Below the pieces are notes generated by a model that was given only the letters and a program-made list of their open reading frames with translations, did not search any database and was not told the DNA's origin. This document shows positions 1-10,125 of a DNA stretch of 64,000 nt, piece by piece. Source of the stretch: Patescibacteria group bacterium (GTDB lineage Bacteria > Patescibacteriota > Patescibacteriia > UBA1558 > GWA2-36-10); contig JAQUKX010000001.1 of the NCBI GenBank assembly GCA_028718865.1, positions 64,067-128,066 on the forward strand. The letters run 5' to 3'. The translations under genes and the position numbers were made by a program. How positions within the stretch are numbered: position 1 is the stretch's first letter; the number at the start of each line of letters is the position of its first letter.

Positions 1-494
1 AAAATAAGATAATTACCGGCCGATCGGGCCAACTGACCTCCTTTTAAAGGATTAAGCTCAACATTGTGTACCTGGGTGCCTGTAGGAATTTTTTTCAAAG
101 GCAGGCAATTACCGATTTTAATCGGGGCTTTTTTCAAAGAAGAAATCACTTTATCGCCGGCTTTTAAACCTTCCGGAGCAATGATATAACGCCTAGCGCC
201 ATCAATATAAACCAATAAAGCAATATTGGCATTGCGGTTGGGATCGTACTCTACTGACTCCACACGAGAAGCAATGTCAAACTTGTCTCTTTTAAAATCA
301 ACAATTCTGATATATTGCCTGGCGCCGCCGCCTTGATGACGAACCGTGATTCTACCAGTATTGTTGCGGCCAGATTTTTTGATTTTTTTCACCACCAGAG
401 ATTTTTCCGGTCTTTTTTTGGTCAGCCCATCTCTAAGCAGGACGCTGGTTTTACGTCGGGCAGGAGTGGTTGGTTTGTAAACTTTAATTGGCAT
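1..494 (-). CDS. rplB: 50S ribosomal protein L2 (5' part; runs off window start)
   Basis: Manual translation from ATG at 494: [14 protein letters not shown]...[16 protein letters not shown]...[13 protein letters not shown]; follows rplW. Confidence 0.97.
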   Translation of the reverse strand, partial: MPIKVYKPTTPARRKTSVLLRDGLTKKRPEKSLVVKKIKKSGRNNTGRITVRHQGGGARQYIRIVDFKRDKFDIASRVESVEYDPNRNANIALLVYIDGARRYIIAPEGLKAGDKVISSLKKAPIKIGNCLPLKKIPTGTQVHNVELNPLKGGQLARSAGNYLI

Positions 495-529
495 ATTTTT
501 GCTTATAGCTTAGGGATTAATGGTCCTTA

Positions 530-946
530 TTATATTCCTTCGTAAAGTTTGATGCTATCTCCTTTTTTCAAAGTAACCACGGCTTTTTTAGTATTTTTGG
601 TCTGGCCAAAATAACGGCCAAAGCGCACCTGTCTGCCTCTTTGATTAACAATATTAACTGCTTGCGGATTAATACCGTAAACCTCTTTGATAGCTTTTTT
701 TATTTCTACTTTGTTAGCGTCTTGAGCCACCTCAAAAACATATTTATTGAGGGAAACGCCGATAGTAGCTTTTTCGGAAATAATCGGCCGAATGAGAATA
801 CGATAAGCTCGCTGGACTTTATTTTGCCCAGCTGATTTGACGACTTTGCTATCTTCTGTCTTTTTGTCATCAACTGGTAAAGCAGCTTTCTTTTGGCTAC
901 TCTCCTTAATCTCCGCTTCTGATTTTTTTCTTTTAAACAAACCCAT
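530..946 (-). CDS. rplW: 50S ribosomal protein L23 with ~40-aa N-terminal extension
   Basis: ILIRPIISEKA...YVFEV...ANKVEIKKAI...KKAVVTL motif; S10 operon position. Confidence 0.96.
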   Translation of the reverse strand: MGLFKRKKSEAEIKESSQKKAALPVDDKKTEDSKVVKSAGQNKVQRAYRILIRPIISEKATIGVSLNKYVFEVAQDANKVEIKKAIKEVYGINPQAVNIVNQRGRQVRFGRYFGQTKNTKKAVVTLKKGDSIKLYEGI

Positions 947-950
947 ATCT

Positions 951-1601
951 TTAGGAATAATGTTGGCTTACTTTTTTAAGCATTTCTTGATTGATAAGCA
1001 GATATTCACTGCTCAGCAAGTCTACTACGTTCAAGCTGGCATAATTGATGGTTTTTACCTTAGGTAAATTCTTAGCGGCAATCACTATATTTTCTTTGGC
1101 CTCTTGGCTGACAATCAAGGTCTTTTTTCCTTTGAGGGGCAAAGTGTCCAAAGCCTGCTTAAGCAACTTAGTTCTGGCCTCCGGTAAATTATAAGCATCG
1201 ACTAGCACTAGCTTCTGATTGGCCACTTTATCACTTAGCACCATTGCCAATGCTTTTTTCTTTACTTTTTTATTTATCTTGACGGAAAAATTTCTTTCCT
1301 TGGTCGGTCCAAAAGTCACGCCGCCGCCCGACCACAAAGGAGAACGAATTGAGCCGTGTCGAGCTCGACCAGTGCCTTTTTGGCGCCAAGGCTTGGCACC
1401 GCCGCCTCTTACTTCTGCTCGGCCTTTGGCGTGAGCCAAAATCTGACGGGAGTTTTTTTGCTGAGCCAAAACCGCTTCTTGAATCAAAGCCGGACTGACT
1501 GTTACGCCAAAAAGAGCTGGATCCAGTTTTTCTTCACCTGCTGACTGGCCCTTAAAATCGTATAATTTGACCGTTAAAGATTGTTTCTTTTTTTCCGCCA
1601 T
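951..1601 (-). CDS. rplD: 50S ribosomal protein L4
   Basis: RAEVRGGGAKPWRQKGTGRARHGSIRSPLWSGGGVTFGP. Confidence 0.99.
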   Translation of the reverse strand: MAEKKKQSLTVKLYDFKGQSAGEEKLDPALFGVTVSPALIQEAVLAQQKNSRQILAHAKGRAEVRGGGAKPWRQKGTGRARHGSIRSPLWSGGGVTFGPTKERNFSVKINKKVKKKALAMVLSDKVANQKLVLVDAYNLPEARTKLLKQALDTLPLKGKKTLIVSQEAKENIVIAAKNLPKVKTINYASLNVVDLLSSEYLLINQEMLKKVSQHYS

Positions 1602-1627
1602 AAAAATTTTATTAAAACCTACCGCGT

Positions 1628-2473
1628 TTATTTGTCTTTATCTTTGACAGTTGCCGCTTTTTCTTCTTCTGCCTGTATATCTGAACTTTCTTTAATTTCT
1701 ATTTCTTCTTTGGCCGAAACTGGCTTGGCTTCTTTTTCTTCTACTATCTGCTCTTTTGCCATTTTATCAGCTTCTGCCTTGTCTGCTATTGGAGTTGCTT
1801 CGGTTTTTTCTTCTGGCTTGACTGCGGCTGCTTTGACTTCTTCTTTGGCCAAAAATTTTATTTCTCCACTGGGACAAAGTATCTCCACCAAAGAACCGCG
1901 ATGTCCGGCAATAGCTCCTTTGATATAAATCAAGTTGGCTTGCGGATCAACTTCAGCAATTTCCAAATTCTTCAAAGTCACGGTGTCAGTGCCCATGCGG
2001 CCGGCCATTCTAGTACCCTTGAAAACCCTGGCCGGATCAGTCGCGCCGATAGAGCCCGGCATCCTCAATTGATCTTTATGGCCATGGGTGGCTGGTGAAC
2101 CAGCAAACCCATGTCTTTTGACTACTCCTTGGAAGCCCTTGCCTTTGGAAACGGCTCTGGCGTCAACAATATCGCCAGCAACGAAAGTATCTACTCCAAA
2201 AATCTGCCCACGGGAAAAAGCAAAACTATCCTTCACTCTGAACTCCTTCAAATAACGAAAATTATCCAAACCCTGCAAATGCCCGGCCTGTGACTTGTTC
2301 AATTTTTTCTTCAAGTCATAGCCGATTTGGACTGCCTGATAACCATCTTTTTCGCCTTTTACCTGAACCACGGTGCAAGGACCAGCCGAAACAACCGTCA
2401 CCGGAATAACTGTACCGTCAGCGGTAAACTTCTGAGTCATTTTCAACTTTTTTCCTAAAATAAACTTGGCCAT
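1628..2473 (-). CDS. rplC: 50S ribosomal protein L3 with Lys/Glu/Ala-rich C-terminal tail
   Basis: SKGKGFQGVVKRHGF...PGSIGA...RVFKGTRMAGRMG. Confidence 0.99.
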   Translation of the reverse strand: MAKFILGKKLKMTQKFTADGTVIPVTVVSAGPCTVVQVKGEKDGYQAVQIGYDLKKKLNKSQAGHLQGLDNFRYLKEFRVKDSFAFSRGQIFGVDTFVAGDIVDARAVSKGKGFQGVVKRHGFAGSPATHGHKDQLRMPGSIGATDPARVFKGTRMAGRMGTDTVTLKNLEIAEVDPQANLIYIKGAIAGHRGSLVEILCPSGEIKFLAKEEVKAAAVKPEEKTEATPIADKAEADKMAKEQIVEEKEAKPVSAKEEIEIKESSDIQAEEEKAATVKDKDK

Positions 2474-2491
2474 ATTATTTCCACTTTTTAT

Positions 2492-2610
2492 AAAAAATGC
2501 GATTTTATTCTCAAAAAATAACTGCCTTTAAGAACAAAATCGCATTTGCCAGCCGCAAACTTCGCAGCTGATTATTTATTTTGTTTTTGCTAAATAAGGC
2601 GATTTTATTC
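2492..2610 (-). promoter_or_regulatory. Putative terminator/antiterminator (attenuator) between rpsJ and rplC
   Basis: Minus-strand stem AATGCGATTTTGTTCT/AGAATAAAATCGCATT followed by a U-run; a second copy of GAATAAAATCGC upstream (2599-2610) can pair with the 5' arm instead. Confidence 0.55.
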
Positions 2611-2715
2611 CTTTGCATCAAAGCCATATCGTCGACTCGGTACTTCCCTTTTATTTAAATTAAGGGGTTGCGCAAGCTGACAAAAGCTTTTTACTCCCTA
2701 GTAAACTAGGTTATT

Positions 2716-3048
2716 TTACATTTTAATTTCCAAATCCACACCCGCCGGCAAATTGAGATTTTGCAAAGCGTCCACTGTCTGGGCAGTAGGATTGATGATA
2801 TCCAACAACCGCTTGTGCACTCGCATCTCATATTGATCACGAGCATCTTTATGGACAAAAGTTGACCGCAAAACAGTAAACTTCTTTTTTTCCGTAGGCA
2901 AAGGAATGGGGCCGATTATTTTGGCTCCGGTCCTGTCAACCGTATCAATGATGGTCTTGGTAGATTGATCAATAATCTTGTGATCGTAGGCTCTGATTTT
3001 GATACGGATCCTAAACTGATTTTCGTCTTTTACCTCTTTAACTGGCAT
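2716..3048 (-). CDS. rpsJ: 30S ribosomal protein S10
   Basis: [15 protein letters not shown]...GPIPLPT...[19 protein letters not shown]. Confidence 0.99.
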   Translation of the reverse strand: MPVKEVKDENQFRIRIKIRAYDHKIIDQSTKTIIDTVDRTGAKIIGPIPLPTEKKKFTVLRSTFVHKDARDQYEMRVHKRLLDIINPTAQTVDALQNLNLPAGVDLEIKM

Positions 3049-3097
3049 GGTAGTCTCTTGATTGTTAAACTGCTTAAAATAATTATTACTAACTTAT

Positions 3098-3130
3098 CCA
3101 GCCCAGCCCCTCGCGAGGGGCTGGGCTGGA
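3098..3130. terminator. Perfect GC-rich stem-loop after tuf (terminator or mRNA stabiliser)
   Basis: TCCAGCCCAGCCCCTCGCGAGGGGCTGGGCTGGA; no clear U-tract on the minus strand. Confidence 0.5.
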
Positions 3131-3137
3131 AATAAAT

Positions 3138-4325
3138 TTACTTGATAATTTTGGTGACCACACCGGCACCGACAGTACGTCCGCCTTCGCGGATAGCAAA
3201 GCGGGATTTTTCTTCCAAGGCAACCGAGGTAATCAATTTAATAGTCAAATTGACCGTGTCTCCAGGCATGACCATTTCTGCTCCTTCTGGTAAAAATACT
3301 TCACCAGTTACATCGGTAGTACGGATATAAAACTGTGGTTTGTAGCCCTTGAAAAAAGGAGTATGGCGTCCGCCTTCTTCTTTGCTTAAGATATATACTT
3401 CAGCTTCAAATTCAGTATGCGGAGTAATAGTTCCTGGCTTAGCCAAAACTTGTCCGCGCTCCACCTCGTCTTTTTTGGTGCCGCGCAGTAAGAGTCCGGC
3501 ATTGTCTCCGGCTCGTCCTTCTTCCAATTGCTTGTTAAACATCTCAATACCGGTAATAACAGTCTTTTTAGTTTCACCCAAACCGACCATTTCTACCTCT
3601 TCATTGATTTTTACAATGCCTCTTTCAATTCTACCAGTAACCACGGTGCCACGACCTTCAATGGAAAAGATATCTTCTATCGGCATCAAGAAAGGATGCT
3701 CGACATCTCTTTGTGGCTCAGGAATATATTCATCCAAAGCTTTGACCAAGTCCAAAATAGGCTTAGCATCATCGCCGCTTGGATTTTCCAGAGCTTTCAA
3801 AGCTGTGCCGCGGATAATAGGTGTAGCGTCTCCTGGGAATTCATATTTTTTGAGTAAATCTCTGATTTCTTCTTCTACCAAATCGACCAATTCTGGATCG
3901 TCCACTTGGTCCATCTTGTTTAAGAAAACAACGATATAAGGCACGCCTACCTGACGAGCAAGCAAAATATGCTCTCTAGTCTGAGGCATGGGCCCGTCAG
4001 CAGCGGAAACGACCAAAATCGCTCCGTCCATCTGAGCAGCGCCGGTAATCATGTTTTTGACATAGTCAGCGTGACCAGGACAGTCAACGTGAGCATAGTG
4101 CCTGTTTTCAGACTCATACTCTACATGAGAAGTAGCAATGGTAATACCACGCTCTCTTTCTTCTGGAGCATTGTCAATCTGATCAACGTCCTTTTGCTGG
4201 GCAACGCCTCCGCTGGCGGCCAAGACTTTTAAGATAGCCGCTGTCAAAGTGGTCTTACCGTGGTCAACGTGACCAATGGTGCCCACGTTAACGTGTGGCT
4301 TTTCTCTTTTAAAAACTTCTGCCAT
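3138..4325 (-). CDS. tuf: Elongation factor Tu
   Basis: [35 protein letters not shown]; start moved to ATG 4325 (MAEVFKREK). Confidence 0.99.
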   Translation of the reverse strand: MAEVFKREKPHVNVGTIGHVDHGKTTLTAAILKVLAASGGVAQQKDVDQIDNAPEERERGITIATSHVEYESENRHYAHVDCPGHADYVKNMITGAAQMDGAILVVSAADGPMPQTREHILLARQVGVPYIVVFLNKMDQVDDPELVDLVEEEIRDLLKKYEFPGDATPIIRGTALKALENPSGDDAKPILDLVKALDEYIPEPQRDVEHPFLMPIEDIFSIEGRGTVVTGRIERGIVKINEEVEMVGLGETKKTVITGIEMFNKQLEEGRAGDNAGLLLRGTKKDEVERGQVLAKPGTITPHTEFEAEVYILSKEEGGRHTPFFKGYKPQFYIRTTDVTGEVFLPEGAEMVMPGDTVNLTIKLITSVALEEKSRFAIREGGRTVGAGVVTKIIK

Positions 4326-4473
4326 TTTAAATTTTCTCCCAAATGATAGCATCCCTTACTTAATTGGGGAATTTGTAAACCAGCTATCTTAATTAAATTA
4401 TTTATTATTTAACCTTCAAATTACCGCGGTTAAAGCCCTTGATAATTCAAAGATGCTTTTTTAAAACAAACAG

Positions 4474-4502
4474 ATTATAGCACTGTTTTTTATTTTTGGC
4501 AA
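4474..4502 (-). promoter_or_regulatory. sigma70-type promoter for tuf
   Basis: TTGCCA-N17-TATAAT with extended -10 TG. Confidence 0.7.
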
Positions 4503-4557
4503 GCCTTGGAGCCAAAAATAAACTACTATAACTTATTAGCTAACTTTAGCCAATAAT

Positions 4558-4932
4558 TTAATCTACTGGCTCTATATAATAACGGTTATCCTCTTCAGTC
4601 TTTATTTCTTTGGATTCAAGCGATGGCAAATTATCGGATTTTTGGCTGTCTTCAGGCTCAATTTTCATTAAATCATCTGCTTTGAAATCATCAAGATTAT
4701 AAGCATCTAGACTGTCCTGGGAAGCTTTCCAAACAGCAATATCTCGGTTGATTTTATCCAAAAGCTCATTTTCAGACAAATCTTTGAGAGAAGTAGAGCC
4801 AAAAATCAAAGCTTCGTAATCTTTGATGCCCATCAGCACATAAGGATCATGGCTATCCGACAAAACAATCACCTTATCCCCTGTTTTTAGGGCTAAATCA
4901 AGGACTTTTTCAATTTGTTTATACTTGGCCAT
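4558..4932 (-). CDS. Hypothetical protein with Phd/YefM-like N-terminus and acidic tail
   Basis: KVLDLALKTGDKVIV...PYVLMGIKDYEAL resembles the Phd/YefM pattern; own promoter TTGACA-N17-TAAAAT at 4965-4993. Confidence 0.6.
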   Translation of the reverse strand: MAKYKQIEKVLDLALKTGDKVIVLSDSHDPYVLMGIKDYEALIFGSTSLKDLSENELLDKINRDIAVWKASQDSLDAYNLDDFKADDLMKIEPEDSQKSDNLPSLESKEIKTEEDNRYYIEPVD

Positions 4933-5111
4933 TTTTTAAATAAAAAATACTATAAAGTTTGGATATTTTATGCAAAAATAAGAGTTTTGTCAAATTATTT
5001 AACCAAAATAGCCTTTTTGAGTTGACAAAAAGGAAAAATTATCCTAATTTATATAACTGTCCGCTCTTTTTCATCAACCTGTCCCTAAAACCCCAGACAA
5101 AGGAGTGTCGC

Positions 5112-5531
5112 ATGTTGAAATCGCCTACTTCCGTCTGTCCTTCCGTCATGGAACTGAAGTGCTTAATAGCTTGTTTGTTTGAAACTCCCAACCCTCATCC
5201 TGGACTGATATTTTTTGTTCTGTCGCTCTGCCGACAGAAAATCAAAAACAAAGTAAGCTCCTGGTATCACCTGGAGGTCAGTGAAAAGGAGCTCTTAGCT
5301 CTCCTTCATCAAGCTCAGCTAAGGCAAATCAAGAAACAACTACTCTGCATCCTGACCAAAAACCAGCATGGTCTTTTGACCAATGCTGACGCTGATTGGC
5401 TAACTGGAATCGTTGACGAGCTGGCCTTCGGCAATATCAGCGAAGAAGAGTTGGGCTTTACCGCCCAGTCTCTGACAGTCATCATTGACTGCATTCGCAA
5501 TGGCAACTGCGCCAAAGCAGTTGCCAACTAG
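5112..5531 (+). CDS. Orphan hypothetical protein
   Basis: AAGGAG SD before ATG 5112; TTGACA at 5022; terminator hairpin with T-run at 5544-5592. Confidence 0.65.
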   Translation: MLKSPTSVCPSVMELKCLIACLFETPNPHPGLIFFVLSLCRQKIKNKVSSWYHLEVSEKELLALLHQAQLRQIKKQLLCILTKNQHGLLTNADADWLTGIVDELAFGNISEEELGFTAQSLTVIIDCIRNGNCAKAVAN

Positions 5532-5777
5532 GGACAAGTGCTTGAGCTCGCCTCGCCCTGCAAACGCAGTGGCAGGCGGGCTCACTTTTTTATAAAATCA
5601 ATTCTTTCTAGAAAGAGAACGCTGATAATAACGATAAAAATCAAAAGCTGCAAAAAGAGAGTGTCTACGCAGCCAAATTTTGATTTTTTTATTCATTTTA
5701 AACATAAATTTTTACTATCTGTAATAAAAAACGGAAAAAATCTAAAAAAGTAACAATCTGAAAAAAATATTGGACTA

Positions 5778-5814
5778 AAAAACCCCCGCCCGGCATGCGC
5801 CGGGCGGGGGTTTT
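5778..5814. terminator. Bidirectional intrinsic terminator after fusA
   Basis: AAAAACCCCCGCCCGGC-ATGC-GCCGGGCGGGGGTTTT. Confidence 0.85.
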
Positions 5815-5825
5815 AAAATAATATT

Positions 5826-7919
5826 TTAGGCTTTTTTCATTATCTCAGCAGCAACATTTTGAGGAACTTGGCTGTATTTGCCGAATTCCATGCTGTAGCT
5901 GGCTCGACCCTGAGTCATAGAGCGCAAAGAAGTGGCATAGCCAAACATTTCTGATAAAGGCACTTCCGCGCTAATAACCTTGGCCGTAGCTCGGTCTGAC
6001 ATTTCGTTTATCTGACCTCGCTTGGAATTTAGATCGCCAATAACATCACCCATATACTGCTCAGGAGTAACTACCTCCACTTTCATAATCGGCTCCAAAA
6101 TAACTGGATTGGCTTTTTTGAAAGCTTCTTTGAAGGCCATTGATCCAGCCACTTTGAAAGCAGCTTCAGAAGAGTCAACATCATGGTAACTGCCATCATA
6201 GACCACTGCTTTGAGATCCTGCACTGGATAACCAGCCAAGATGCCGTTATCCATAGCTTCTTTGATACCCTTGTCTATAGCGGGAATATATTCTTTGGGG
6301 ATAATACCTCCTTTGACTTCATCGCCAAATTCATAACCCTTGCCTCTTTCCAAAGGTTCTACTCTCAACCAGCAGTGGCCGTATTGACCGCGTCCACCTG
6401 ACTGCTTGATGTATTTACCTTCAGCTTGAGCTGTAGCGGTAATAGTTTCTTTGTAAGCCACTTGCGGAGCGCCGACATTGGCCTCAACTGAAAACTCACG
6501 ACGCATGCGATCAACAATAATATCCAAATGAAGCTCGCCCATGCCACCGATAATAGTCTGATTGGTCTCCTCGTCGCTTCTGATGGTAAAAGTAGGATCT
6601 TCTTCCGCCAACTTGCCCAAAGCAATGCCCATTTTCTCTTGGTCGGCCTTGGTCTTGGGCTCCACTGCCACATGAATAACTGGCTCGGGGAAATCCATTG
6701 ATTCCAAAACCACTTCTCTTTTTTCGTCAACCAAAGTATGGCCAGTGGTCGTGTCTTTGAGTCCGACTACGGCTACAATATCACCGGTAAATATTTCCGA
6801 AACTTCTTCTCGACTATTGGCATGCATCCTGACTATGCGGCCTATTCTTTCTTTTTTGCCGTTGTTGCTGTTGACAACATAGGAACCGGCTGAAAGCTTG
6901 CCAGCATAGACTCGGATAAAAGTGAGCTTACCAACATAAGGATCAGTGGCTATTTTAAAAGCCAAAGCAACAAAAGGCTCATCATCGCTAGCTTTGACAA
7001 TCACTTTACTTTCTTCATCGTCCGGTTCATGGCCGTTTATATCTGGCACATCCAAAGGAGAAGGCAAATAAGAAACAATGGCGTCAAGCAAAAATTGCAC
7101 GCCTTTGTTTTTTAAAGCCGAACCGCAGAAAACCGGAACAATCTTATTGTCAGTGGTGGCCTGACGCAAAACTTTTTTCAACTCAATAATATCAGGCTCT
7201 TGGCCGTTTAGATATTTTTCCATCAAAACCTCGTCATGCTCAACAATAGCCTCAATCAGTTTGCCACGATATTCCTCTACCTTCTCTGCCATATCCGCCG
7301 GAATTTCCCTTTTCTCATATTGTTTGCCTTCTTCGTCAAGATAATACCAAGCTTCTTTTTCCAGCAAATTGATAATACCGACAAAAGTTTCAGCCGCGCC
7401 AATAGGCAACTGCATGGGATAAGCTGCTTTGGTCAAACGATCATGAATGGTCTTGAGGTCAAAATAAAAATCAGCACCCATTCTGTCCATCTTGTTGATA
7501 AAGGCCAGTCGCGGCACATGATATTTATCCGCCTGACGCCAAACAGTCTCTGACTGAGGCTCAACTCCGGCTACGCCGTCAAAAACAATCACGCCGCCAT
7601 CTAGCACGCGCAACGATCTTTCCACTTCAACAGTAAAATCGACGTGTCCTGGCGTATCGATAATATTGATATTGGCTTTATCACCTCCCAGCCAATCCGG
7701 TAGACTCCAAAAACAAGTAGTGGCCGCGGAAGTAATAGTAATGCCTCGTTCTTTTTCCTGCTCCATCCAGTCCATCTCTGCCTGACCTTCATGCACTTCG
7801 CCAACTTTATGTTTTTTGCCGGTATAAAAAAGAATACGCTCGGAAACCGTGGTTTTGCCAGCGTCAATGTGGGCGATAATGCCTATGTTTCTTACTTTTT
7901 CTAAAGGATGTCTAGCCAT
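5826..7919 (-). CDS. fusA: Elongation factor G
   Basis: [39 protein letters not shown]. Confidence 0.99.
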   Translation of the reverse strand: MARHPLEKVRNIGIIAHIDAGKTTVSERILFYTGKKHKVGEVHEGQAEMDWMEQEKERGITITSAATTCFWSLPDWLGGDKANINIIDTPGHVDFTVEVERSLRVLDGGVIVFDGVAGVEPQSETVWRQADKYHVPRLAFINKMDRMGADFYFDLKTIHDRLTKAAYPMQLPIGAAETFVGIINLLEKEAWYYLDEEGKQYEKREIPADMAEKVEEYRGKLIEAIVEHDEVLMEKYLNGQEPDIIELKKVLRQATTDNKIVPVFCGSALKNKGVQFLLDAIVSYLPSPLDVPDINGHEPDDEESKVIVKASDDEPFVALAFKIATDPYVGKLTFIRVYAGKLSAGSYVVNSNNGKKERIGRIVRMHANSREEVSEIFTGDIVAVVGLKDTTTGHTLVDEKREVVLESMDFPEPVIHVAVEPKTKADQEKMGIALGKLAEEDPTFTIRSDEETNQTIIGGMGELHLDIIVDRMRREFSVEANVGAPQVAYKETITATAQAEGKYIKQSGGRGQYGHCWLRVEPLERGKGYEFGDEVKGGIIPKEYIPAIDKGIKEAMDNGILAGYPVQDLKAVVYDGSYHDVDSSEAAFKVAGSMAFKEAFKKANPVILEPIMKVEVVTPEQYMGDVIGDLNSKRGQINEMSDRATAKVISAEVPLSEMFGYATSLRSMTQGRASYSMEFGKYSQVPQNVAAEIMKKA

Positions 7920-8051
7920 AATTTTAGCTTATAGCCTATGGTGTTATAGTTTATAATTTTATACTACCACTAAGCTTAATTAATACTTTAAATTTATATT
8001 TAACTTAAAAGCTAACGACTATAAGCCATTAGCTATATGCTACTTATCATT

Positions 8052-8516
8052 TTAGGCAAAGTGAGCAAAGGCTTTATTGGATTCAGCCATCTTCTGAACA
8101 TCTTCTCTTTTTTTCATGGCTGCTCCCTCGCCTTTGGCGGCAGCTATCAATTCTTCCGCTAGCTTGACGGACATAGCTGCTCCTTTTCTAGCTTTAGCTG
8201 CTTCTATTAGCCAACGATGAGCCAAAAGCATTTTTCTGTCACCAACCACTACTACCGGCACCTGATAATTGGCGCCGCCGATTCTTTTACCTTTTACTTC
8301 CAAATTGGGAGCAACATTTCTAATAGCAGCGTCATAAATCTCTATCGGATCCTGCTTGGTCTTATTAGAAATGTGATCAAAAGCTCCATAGACAATTTTT
8401 TCTGCCGTAGTTTTTTTGCCACGCTGCATTATTTTGTTTATCAGTTTGGCAATATCCAAACGGTGGAATTTGGAATCAGGATTAATAACTCGTTTTGGTG
8501 CTTGTTTTCCTCTCAT
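8052..8516 (-). CDS. rpsG: 30S ribosomal protein S7
   Basis: LEVKGKRIGGANYQVP, MAESNKAFAHF. Confidence 0.99.
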   Translation of the reverse strand: MRGKQAPKRVINPDSKFHRLDIAKLINKIMQRGKKTTAEKIVYGAFDHISNKTKQDPIEIYDAAIRNVAPNLEVKGKRIGGANYQVPVVVVGDRKMLLAHRWLIEAAKARKGAAMSVKLAEELIAAAKGEGAAMKKREDVQKMAESNKAFAHFA

Positions 8517-8547
8517 ATTATTTTATCGGAAATTTTATCAAAATAAA

Positions 8548-8979
8548 TTAACTTTTTTTACTGGCTTTTTCTTTTTTGGCGCCATAAAGAGAACGGCCTT
8601 GTTTGCGATTTTGTACCCCTTGAGTGTCGAAAACTCCACGGACAATATGATAACGCACGCCCGGCAAGTCTTTGACTCTGCCGCCTCTAATCATTACAAT
8701 GCTGTGCTCCTGAAGATTGTGACCTTCGCCAGGAATATAAGCCGTGACTTCCATACCGTTGGAAAGCCGGACTCTGGCGATTTTGCGCAAAGCAGAGTTA
8801 GGTTTCTTGGGAGTGGTGGTAGTCACTTTCAAACAAACCCCTCGCTTAAAAGCTGCTCCTTTGGGCAGTTCGGAGCGACGACGACGCAAAGTATTAAAAA
8901 CAGTTTTTAAAGCCGGGGTTTTGCTTTTGGCTTTTTGCTGTTTTCTAGGTTTTTTTAACAATTGATTGACTGTGGGCAT
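8548..8979 (-). CDS. rpsL: 30S ribosomal protein S12
   Basis: [34 protein letters not shown]. Confidence 0.99.
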   Translation of the reverse strand: MPTVNQLLKKPRKQQKAKSKTPALKTVFNTLRRRRSELPKGAAFKRGVCLKVTTTTPKKPNSALRKIARVRLSNGMEVTAYIPGEGHNLQEHSIVMIRGGRVKDLPGVRYHIVRGVFDTQGVQNRKQGRSLYGAKKEKASKKS

Positions 8980-9201
8980 ATTAAAATTTTAGATTGTCTC
9001 TAGTATAAAACTATTTATTGAAAAAAAGCTATTGGCTATAGCGAACTGCTTCTAGTCATTAGCCGTGAAATGCCACAATAAAATAGCATAAAAAAATAAA
9101 TAGGTCAACAGTATTAGCTAAAAATAACACCCCTCTCCCGCTGACTTATAAAAATCTTTGGGAGAGGGGCTGATGCAAAGGCTCCGATGGTGGGAGCCTG
9201 A

Positions 9202-9846
9202 CTAGTCAATCAAGACATAGTCGATAATGGGGCTAGCATTGGCGTCACGAAGCAGAACCGTCGGGCTCTCGCCGTCGTCCTTCCATTCAACCGAAAAAAT
9301 AGGCGCCTCCAACAACAAGGGGGAGTTATTACGGAACACGAACCAAGCGTACTCACCGCTTGTCACATAGGTGGGATACGCCCATCCTGCCTTGACGTGC
9401 ATGCTGAAGGGGTATCCGGAATCCAGACCCGTGCCACGAGCCATGCTGCCAGGCTCGTGGTTGTAGATCTCGCCGACGCCAGAGTTAACAAGGGTCCAAC
9501 CATTCTGATCGGAAATACTTACCACGAATGGCAAGTAATATCCCCTGACTTCTCCGGAGACATAAATGATCTGCTTGACTTCCCAGTAGAAATAGCCGCC
9601 GGAACTGCCTTGCGAACGGACAGCTAAAACCAAGGTGTCGGGATCCTCCGTCTTGAGATGACGGAAGAACTGAGAATTGCTGGACTGGCCGGCAATAGCC
9701 TGAGCCATTGATTGCTCGAAGTTGTGAAGAGTGTCTTGAGAGCTGCCATCCACGGCAGGCGGGGTAACCTGATTGACATTATCACAACCAGTGACCCAAG
9801 CCAGACAAGCCAGGATAAGCAGGGCAATCCAGGTGAACCGTTTCAT
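9202..9846 (-). CDS. Orphan putative lipoprotein
   Basis: MKR + hydrophobic stretch + lipobox-like VTG-C; visibly more GC-rich than its neighbours; hairpins downstream at 9130-9200. Confidence 0.7.
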   Translation of the reverse strand: MKRFTWIALLILACLAWVTGCDNVNQVTPPAVDGSSQDTLHNFEQSMAQAIAGQSSNSQFFRHLKTEDPDTLVLAVRSQGSSGGYFYWEVKQIIYVSGEVRGYYLPFVVSISDQNGWTLVNSGVGEIYNHEPGSMARGTGLDSGYPFSMHVKAGWAYPTYVTSGEYAWFVFRNNSPLLLEAPIFSVEWKDDGESPTVLLRDANASPIIDYVLID

Positions 9847-10096
9847 GATCTGTTTTCCTTCCCGGAAAAATTATGGTTCCTTGCCTTTAAAAAGGCGTTC
9901 TGCACAATGAAATGCGCAGTTTCCCCTCCCAATAAAAAATAGCGTCCCCTCAACGCTTTCTTTCAACTCCTTTCTTGGCTAAATTGATGTAAACTGCAAA
10001 GCAAAAGATGCATAACCCAAAAGCTGCGTGAACGATCTATAAATTAAACCCAGTTACGGGTAGAAAACTTCAATGAACTTTAACAAACAGTTACAC

Positions 10097-10125
10097 AGTA
10101 TACTATTCAATAATATTTCTGTCAA
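10097..10125 (-). promoter_or_regulatory. sigma70-type promoter upstream of the lipoprotein gene (long leader)
   Basis: TTGACA-N17-TATACT. Confidence 0.7.

Noticed and set aside
5582-5705. Possible frameshifted small membrane protein on the minus strand (MNKKIKIWLRRHSL + LQLLIFIVIISVLF...)
   Set aside because: Needs an assumed indel in a T-run; hydrophobic frames are common in T-rich DNA
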